The notes under the pieces: model-generated
What the model saw: the letters and a program-made list of their open reading frames with translations, nothing else
The model's database searches: none
Told to the model about the DNA's origin: nothing
Part shown: one piece after another, positions 57,754 through 64,000 of the stretch
Numbering within the stretch: the stretch's first letter is position 1
Layout: the number at the start of each line of letters is the position of its first letter
Translations under genes and position numbers: made by a program
DNA from: a virus
IMG/VR virus record: IMGVR_UViG_3300032607_000303
Coordinates: 16,846-80,845 of that record
Direction: 5' to 3' (one strand)
Length of the DNA stretch: 64,000 bases

Positions 57754-60700
57754 TTGGCTGCTGACATCACATCACTTATTATAAGTACAAAATCAGAGGG
57801 AATTCAAGCTTCTACAAAGGACTTGAATGAACTCGTAAAAGCAGCAGACAGTGCTGCTAAGTCTACTGACAAACTTAAAAATTCTGGGAAGCAACAAGCA
57901 GACTCGCAGAAGTCTACTACATCAGCACTAGAGAATGCCCTACTTGCCATGAAAAAGCAAGTAGATTTGCTTGGCGCATCTGTAGCAAAAATAAACTCGT
58001 ACAATGCTAGTTTAAAGGGTGCCGATGCCGCACAGTTGGCAATGGCTTCTTCACTAGGCAGACAAGTAGATAATTACAGAGCTTTGAGTGTAGCCCAAAC
58101 AGCAGCCATCCGTGACAATAATGCTTTAGATGCCAGTAATAAGAAACTAGCAGCTTCACAGCGATTGGCACAAACTGTTGGTAATAACCTTAATGAGTTG
58201 GGTCAACGTACACAAGCTTACCAAAGACTCTCAGCCGCTCAAGCGGAAGCTCTCCGCATAAACGCTGCATTGAATAGATCGCAGAATTCAGGAAGCAACC
58301 TTAACTTGTCTGGTCAGCGTGCAGAAGATTTTAGGAAACTTGCTTCTGCACAGCAAGAAGCTATTCGCATGAATAATGCTTTTAATGCTTCTATTGAGCG
58401 TCAGAAGTTGATTATGCAAAGTCGTGATATTGACAGACATAGATTGTCCGTACAACAATACACGCAATCACATGCCGAAGCAATTCGCATGAATAACATA
58501 CATGATGCTGCTGCTAGGCGGCTTGCAGATGGTGTACGCGTCAACACAAATAATATCCGTAACAACAATGATGTAATGAAGGAAGCCCAAGCTCTTGCAA
58601 GAGGCTTGTCAGGTTCTCTAGGTGCATTGTGGCTTACCTACGGTAATTTTATAGGTATGGCGGCTGGCTTGGCTATCGGCTTCAGCTTAAAAGGTATTGT
58701 AACTGTAGGTGCAGATGTTGAGAATACACTAGAAGGTATTCGCGTTCGCGGCACAGAGACTATTGCTTCAGTTGCAGAAGTCAGGGAAGCTGTCCTTAGA
58801 ATTGGTGATGGAGTGTATGGCCCACAGGAAGTTGCTAAAGCTTTTGAAGCACTGACACTTGCTGGTTTAAAAGTTGCTGAGTCTACATTGGCAATTGGTT
58901 CTGCCCTAAACCTAGCATTGGTTGGCGGTACAAGTATTGAGAAAGCAGCAGAGTCCTTGGTGTCAATTGGAACTGCTGTAGGAGCAACAGCTAAGAGTTT
59001 TGACTATTTGGCTGACGGTATTGTAGCAGCCGCTAACACATCTCTTGCATCTGTGGACAGTATTTCTGCATCTGTAAAGCGTGCCTCTATTGTAAATAAA
59101 CTGTATGGTGCTTCTTTTGAAGACATCCTAACACAGACAGCAGCTCTTGCTCAGCTGGGTATTAAGAACACAGCAGCCGGTACAGCCATTACTAACTTCT
59201 ATAATAACGCTGTAGGTAACACTGGCAAATCTCGTAAAGCGCTCGATGACTTGGGTATGTCATTTACAGACGCAACAGGTAAAGCTAAGCCATTGGTAGC
59301 TGCATTTGAAGAATTTACAGTAAAACTTAACAAGTATGATTTGAAGTCACAACAGAATTTTATTAATGATATATTTGGTGAGAGAGCATTGCGTGACGTT
59401 GAAGGTTTGCGTGATGCTGTAAACAGCTCTGCTACTGATACAGAAAAGTATTCAAATAGGTTGCGTGAGATTCAAGGTCAAATTGCAGACTCAGCAGGCG
59501 CATCTTCACTAGAGGCTGTACAGCTTGGGCTGACTACACAGAAGTCTCTGTCGTCTATTGCTAATACACTTAGAGTTAGCTTTACAGAAGTTTTTACAGA
59601 ATTAGCACCTAGCTTGTTAGTCATTTCAGCTAGACTACGTGAAGCCTTTGCATCAGACGAATTTAAGGGTGGCCTGTCTAATATTGCAAATGGTGTAGGT
59701 AATGTTGCACTAGCCATTGTAGATAATATTGGTGTGCTTGGCAATCTAATTGAGTTGTTCATTGTATTTAAAGCAGCAACAATTGGGGCTAGTCTTTTTG
59801 AAGGTATTGCAAAAGGCGTAATGGGTATTGCAACAGCTATGGGTTTTGTTACAGTCGCTACTAATGGTGCTGTTGTTGCTACTGGAGCTTTGCGTATAGC
59901 TATGTTGGCTATACCCCTTATTGGACTTGCTGTAACAGCTTTATCTATTGGTTTAGCACTAGCAGCATTTCACACAAATGAAGTTAAAGATAACTCACAA
60001 GCCCTCGCTGATACTTACAATAAAGACTTTCTAAAAGCTCTTGAAGATGAAGCAAAACGCCTTAAAAAGTCTAATGATTTGATGATTGCAGGAGCCTCTG
60101 CTACAGATGCTGCTACAAGATCACTGAAAGAACTCGCACTTGAAAAGTCTAGGCAAATAAATACAGATAATGTCGCACGCGCTCAAACTACTTTTGACTC
60201 TGCTAAAGCTGCAACTACCTCTACAGCTTATATTATAAAAAGTGTAGATTATACTTTTGATTCTAAAAATAGTAAAGAAACTCGTGCCCTCGCTGATGCA
60301 ACTGTAGCACTTAACATAGCTAAGAAGTCTGCAAATGATTTTGATACAGAGGCTCTAAGGCTAACCGAGGAAATAGTAGCTGGTAGTAAGCTAAAAGGTG
60401 ATCTGTACAAGAAAGAACAAAAAGATAAGGAATTAGCAGCAGAGGCGGCAGCTGGTAAGCTAATCTACAACAGAGAAAAAGAAGATGCTAAACGTATCAA
60501 TGATGAATACCGTGCAGCACAGACAGGTATTGAGGCAAAAATAAAAGCTGCCAAGCAAGGTATGCAAGATTTTGAAGACCTTCAAAATGATCGTTTTAAA
60601 GCTGGCGAGATTGGCAAGCTAACACTTATTCGCAATATTGGCGCTCAGCAAATAGAAGCTTATGACAAGATTGCAAAAGAACTTGCAGCTAAGCGTATTG

Positions 60701-63700
60701 TAGCACAGGGTGGTAAAAATAAAGTTGCAGATGTTACACGTATTGATGGCTTGGCTACAGCTAACCTAGAAGCAATTGCCCAAGCTGAAAAAAGTATTCA
60801 GTCTGGTGTAAATGTAGAGTTAGCTAGGCTTGCTCATGAAAATACTAAATATCAAATTTCAGAACTTGAATCTCTAGGCAAGTTTTCAGATGCAGCAGCA
60901 CTTCGTTTTAGCTCTAGTTTTTCTGCAGCTATACAACAAGTCGAAGCAGATTTTGCTAGTCTTGGCGACAAATCACCCCAAGAAATTGAAGCAGTTACAG
61001 ACAATTTAAAAGCACTAAAAGCTGCAGCAGAAGCCGCAACAAAAACTGCCGGTATTAAAGAAGCCACATTTGAGTTTGAAAAGCAAAACGCTGTTATTGC
61101 CAACTTGTTTAAAGGTGTTCAAACAGCTTCAGAAGGTCAAGGCATGGCAGCTATGTATGAAGCTGCTTCTGCTGCTGCGGAAGAGTACGCGACTAAACTT
61201 CCAAAACTACTAGAGGCTCAGAGGGCTATCGCAGACCCTACAAAATCTGAAGAAGCATTGACCAAAATTAAAGCTAATGCAGAGCATCTTAAAACTATGT
61301 GGGCAGGTGTTGGGCAAAGTATTTCTAACAGTCTTGAGAGCGCTTTTGGAAAAGCTGGAAAAAGTGTTGGTGAGTTGCTTAAAGCTGGTACTAAGTTTTC
61401 TGAACTTACAGATAAGTCTGGAGCCGCAAGTATTAAATCTTATGGCGATATGGCAGGTGCCGCTAAAGGCTTCTTTAAAGAGAATAGCACAGGGTACAAA
61501 GTTATGGAAGGCGCAGAACGTGCTTTCCGATTAATTGAGTTGGCAGGTTTAGCTAAGTCGCTATACGTCAGCCTAACATCTACCGCTTTGAAAACTGGAG
61601 CATCAGTTGCAGGTGAAGCTACTGTAACTGCCGCTACAATTGCTGCTGAAGCTGTTCGTAATATAGCTAAAATTCCCGGTGTTATTATGGCATTTATGTC
61701 TGCTCTTGGACCATTCGGTATGGCTGCTGCCGGTATTGCTATTGCGGCTGTACTTGGTTCTAGTGGGGGTGGAGGTGGAGATAATTTGGCTAAAGATCGG
61801 CAAGCAGCTATAGGTACTGGTACAGTTGTTGGTGATCCCCTTAAAGCTAGTGAGTCTATCAAGAATAGTCTAGCTATTGTAGAAAAAAACTCAGGTCTAG
61901 GCCTAGTATATTCTCAACAAATGGTGAGTAGTCTAAATATTATAGCTAACGGAATTGGTAATCTTTCTAGTTTGATTGCAAGAACAACAGGTATTACTCA
62001 ATCTGGCGCACTAGGAATTTCTGAAAACGCCGGTTTTGGTAAGGCGATGCAGGTTGCAGGTACGACACTAGGTCTTGCAGCAGGTGCTGCATGGGGTGGT
62101 TACCTTGGAGCACAGCTTGGAACTATTGGTGGGCCTTTGGGTGCAGTAATAGGAGCCGCAATAGGCGGGACTATTGGACTTGTTGTAGGCACTATAGGCA
62201 AGTTGTTTGGTGTAGGTAAAGTTTCCATCCAAGACCAAGGTTTAAAAGCTCAACAAAAGACTTTAGGACAAGTCCAACAAGGGGGCTTAGATGTTCAGCA
62301 ATACGTAGATACCAAAACTTCTGGCTTTTTTAGTAACAGTTACGACACTAGAACACAATCTGTGGGTAAGGATATTAACCAACAATTTTCTCTAATTATA
62401 AATGGTCTGGCTAACACTGTTAAATCTGCGGCAGGAGTATTGGGAATCAGTGGCAATGCTTTTACAGAAAGAATGAATCAATTTGTAGTGGACATAGGTA
62501 ACATTAGTTCAAAAGGTCTTACTACAGCAGAGTTTCAAACTAAGCTTGAGCAAGCATTTTCTAAAATTGGCGATCAATTAGCAACAAGGGCTGTGTCAGA
62601 TATTGCTTCCTTTGCTGCTGCTGGTGAGGGTGCTTTAGAAACTCTTGTCAGAGTAACTAATAACTTCTTGCAAGTATCAGATGTTTTTGCGATGCTCGGA
62701 CAAAATGTACAAGGTGCTGGGCTAAATGCCATAAAAACATCGGAAGCACTAGTTGCTTTAGCTGGCGGGATCGACAAACTGACATCAGGTACAAAGTTTG
62801 TAATAGATAACTTCTTTACTGAAGCTGAAAAGAACACTCCCATACTTGAGTCTGTAAGAAAATCTATGGCAAGTATTGGTCAAGGTGCTGTTACAACAGT
62901 TGAGCAATTTGATGCTCTTATCCGCAGCCAAGATTTGAATACAGTTGCTGGGCAAGAAATGTACGTAAAATTGCTTAATATAGCACCTGCATTTAAGACA
63001 GCAGCAGACTACTTAGTTGATTTGGCAGATGGGACTGTTGCTCTTACTAAGGCTCAACAAAAATCTCTTGATCTTGTTAAAGTGGCCCGCACAGCACTTG
63101 AGGAAGCTTACAAGTCTGAGAGTGGTGCCCTAAATGACACAATCACAAAAGTTAAATCTTTTACGGATAGCCTTAAAACTTTCCAAGATAGTATGCTACT
63201 AGGTGCATCTTCTCCTTTGACGGCTATGCAAAAATATGCCGAAGCTAGAAGGCAATATGACTCTACCTTACTAGCTGCTCAAGGTGGTGATACAGTTGCT
63301 CAAGGTAAGTTTACAAGTGTTGCTACGGCTCTACTAGACGCTTCTAAAGTAATTAATGCATCAGGGAACGGCTACACTCTTGACTTTGCTGCTGTAATGG
63401 CCCAAACAGCATCTCTTGCAGATGTGGCTAAGACGCAAGTAAGTACAGCACAAGCTACTCTAGACGCCCTTACGAAGCAAGTTGACGGCCTCATAACTAT
63501 CAATGCAAGTGTGTTGAGCGTAACACAAGCTATTAGTAACTTGCAAGCAGCTATAACAAGTAGTAAGATAGCTGGTGTATCGGGTATTGCTATTGATGGC
63601 TCTCATGCGAATGGTCTTATGAATGTCCCATTTGACGGATACATTGCAGAACTTCACAAGGGTGAGCAAGTGTTGACAGCCCCACAAGCTATCAACTACC

Positions 63701-63915
63701 GTAGCATGGGTACAATGGATATGGCTCCTTTGGTTGCTGAGATTAAGTCTTTACGTGAAGAACTCTGTTCATTGCGTGCTGACCAAGATATACAAACTCG
63801 TGCGTCAATCCAAGCTACATACAATGCAAGTGGCAAGAATGCTTCTAGTGTCGTAAACGGTATTGATAATAGTCTTACAAAGGTTTCAACTAAACCTACC
63901 ATACCATTAAATTAA
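57754..63915 (+). CDS. Tail tape measure protein
   Basis: 2053 aa, Ala-rich helical repeats, DGSHANGL.NVPFDGYIAELHKGE near the C-terminus; synteny. Confidence 0.93.
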   Translation: MAADITSLIISTKSEGIQASTKDLNELVKAADSAAKSTDKLKNSGKQQADSQKSTTSALENALLAMKKQVDLLGASVAKINSYNASLKGADAAQLAMASSLGRQVDNYRALSVAQTAAIRDNNALDASNKKLAASQRLAQTVGNNLNELGQRTQAYQRLSAAQAEALRINAALNRSQNSGSNLNLSGQRAEDFRKLASAQQEAIRMNNAFNASIERQKLIMQSRDIDRHRLSVQQYTQSHAEAIRMNNIHDAAARRLADGVRVNTNNIRNNNDVMKEAQALARGLSGSLGALWLTYGNFIGMAAGLAIGFSLKGIVTVGADVENTLEGIRVRGTETIASVAEVREAVLRIGDGVYGPQEVAKAFEALTLAGLKVAESTLAIGSALNLALVGGTSIEKAAESLVSIGTAVGATAKSFDYLADGIVAAANTSLASVDSISASVKRASIVNKLYGASFEDILTQTAALAQLGIKNTAAGTAITNFYNNAVGNTGKSRKALDDLGMSFTDATGKAKPLVAAFEEFTVKLNKYDLKSQQNFINDIFGERALRDVEGLRDAVNSSATDTEKYSNRLREIQGQIADSAGASSLEAVQLGLTTQKSLSSIANTLRVSFTEVFTELAPSLLVISARLREAFASDEFKGGLSNIANGVGNVALAIVDNIGVLGNLIELFIVFKAATIGASLFEGIAKGVMGIATAMGFVTVATNGAVVATGALRIAMLAIPLIGLAVTALSIGLALAAFHTNEVKDNSQALADTYNKDFLKALEDEAKRLKKSNDLMIAGASATDAATRSLKELALEKSRQINTDNVARAQTTFDSAKAATTSTAYIIKSVDYTFDSKNSKETRALADATVALNIAKKSANDFDTEALRLTEEIVAGSKLKGDLYKKEQKDKELAAEAAAGKLIYNREKEDAKRINDEYRAAQTGIEAKIKAAKQGMQDFEDLQNDRFKAGEIGKLTLIRNIGAQQIEAYDKIAKELAAKRIVAQGGKNKVADVTRIDGLATANLEAIAQAEKSIQSGVNVELARLAHENTKYQISELESLGKFSDAAALRFSSSFSAAIQQVEADFASLGDKSPQEIEAVTDNLKALKAAAEAATKTAGIKEATFEFEKQNAVIANLFKGVQTASEGQGMAAMYEAASAAAEEYATKLPKLLEAQRAIADPTKSEEALTKIKANAEHLKTMWAGVGQSISNSLESAFGKAGKSVGELLKAGTKFSELTDKSGAASIKSYGDMAGAAKGFFKENSTGYKVMEGAERAFRLIELAGLAKSLYVSLTSTALKTGASVAGEATVTAATIAAEAVRNIAKIPGVIMAFMSALGPFGMAAAGIAIAAVLGSSGGGGGDNLAKDRQAAIGTGTVVGDPLKASESIKNSLAIVEKNSGLGLVYSQQMVSSLNIIANGIGNLSSLIARTTGITQSGALGISENAGFGKAMQVAGTTLGLAAGAAWGGYLGAQLGTIGGPLGAVIGAAIGGTIGLVVGTIGKLFGVGKVSIQDQGLKAQQKTLGQVQQGGLDVQQYVDTKTSGFFSNSYDTRTQSVGKDINQQFSLIINGLANTVKSAAGVLGISGNAFTERMNQFVVDIGNISSKGLTTAEFQTKLEQAFSKIGDQLATRAVSDIASFAAAGEGALETLVRVTNNFLQVSDVFAMLGQNVQGAGLNAIKTSEALVALAGGIDKLTSGTKFVIDNFFTEAEKNTPILESVRKSMASIGQGAVTTVEQFDALIRSQDLNTVAGQEMYVKLLNIAPAFKTAADYLVDLADGTVALTKAQQKSLDLVKVARTALEEAYKSESGALNDTITKVKSFTDSLKTFQDSMLLGASSPLTAMQKYAEARRQYDSTLLAAQGGDTVAQGKFTSVATALLDASKVINASGNGYTLDFAAVMAQTASLADVAKTQVSTAQATLDALTKQVDGLITINASVLSVTQAISNLQAAITSSKIAGVSGIAIDGSHANGLMNVPFDGYIAELHKGEQVLTAPQAINYRSMGTMDMAPLVAEIKSLREELCSLRADQDIQTRASIQATYNASGKNASSVVNGIDNSLTKVSTKPTIPLN

Positions 63916-63926
63916 TAGGAAATTAA

Positions 63927-64000
63927 ATGACAACAGACGCACAAATGATAGCATGGCTTAAAAATGATTCTGCTATCCGCTGCGTCCTAATGGAAGTAGT
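63927..64000 (+). CDS. Tail-tip region protein, 5' fragment
   Basis: MTTDAQMIAWLKNDSAIRCVLMEV after AGGA SD; runs off the window. Confidence 0.6.
   Translation, partial: MTTDAQMIAWLKNDSAIRCVLMEV

Noticed and set aside
1-64000. CRISPR array, Cas genes, reverse transcriptase or DGR
   Set aside because: No regularly spaced repeat-spacer array, RT motif or TR/VR pair seen by eye
1-64000. Alternative genetic code or base-hypermodification cluster
   Set aside because: Core genes are intact in the standard code, no suppressor tRNA, and no recognisable modification enzymes beyond the methyltransferase

Overview
A 64 kb segment of a large dsDNA tailed phage with siphovirus-type morphogenesis genes; no host chromosome is visible. 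There are four transcription blocks. (1) 1-22.9 kb, minus strand: replication and nucleotide metabolism (NrdA 5' part, MazG-like pyrophosphatase, metallophosphoesterase, 5'-3' exonuclease, SSB, tRNA-Ile2, family B DNA polymerase, T7-type primase-helicase, ThyX, SleB-like hydrolase, ATP-dependent ligase, three HNH-AP2 endonucleases). (2) 23-37.8 kb, plus strand: small early genes, two KilAC antirepressor-like genes, an iteron-like origin next to an HTH gene, a chimeric UvrD-like helicase, a probable pre-early/terminal-repeat segment (about 32.3-37 kb) and a serine resolvase. (3) 37.9-41.9 kb, minus strand: DNA methyltransferase, ClpP-like protease, PhoH. (4) 42.2-64 kb, plus strand: putative regulator, a tRNA cluster rich in structured non-coding RNA, terminase, portal, head and tail genes with a -1 frameshift chaperone and a 2053-aa tape measure. 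The best candidates for undescribed biology are a ~285-nt multi-hairpin, possibly pseudoknotted RNA directly downstream of a Zn-finger HNH gene in the tRNA cluster, and a structured non-coding block fused to an iteron-like origin. All assignments come from reading motifs and folding by eye; no database search or folding program was run.
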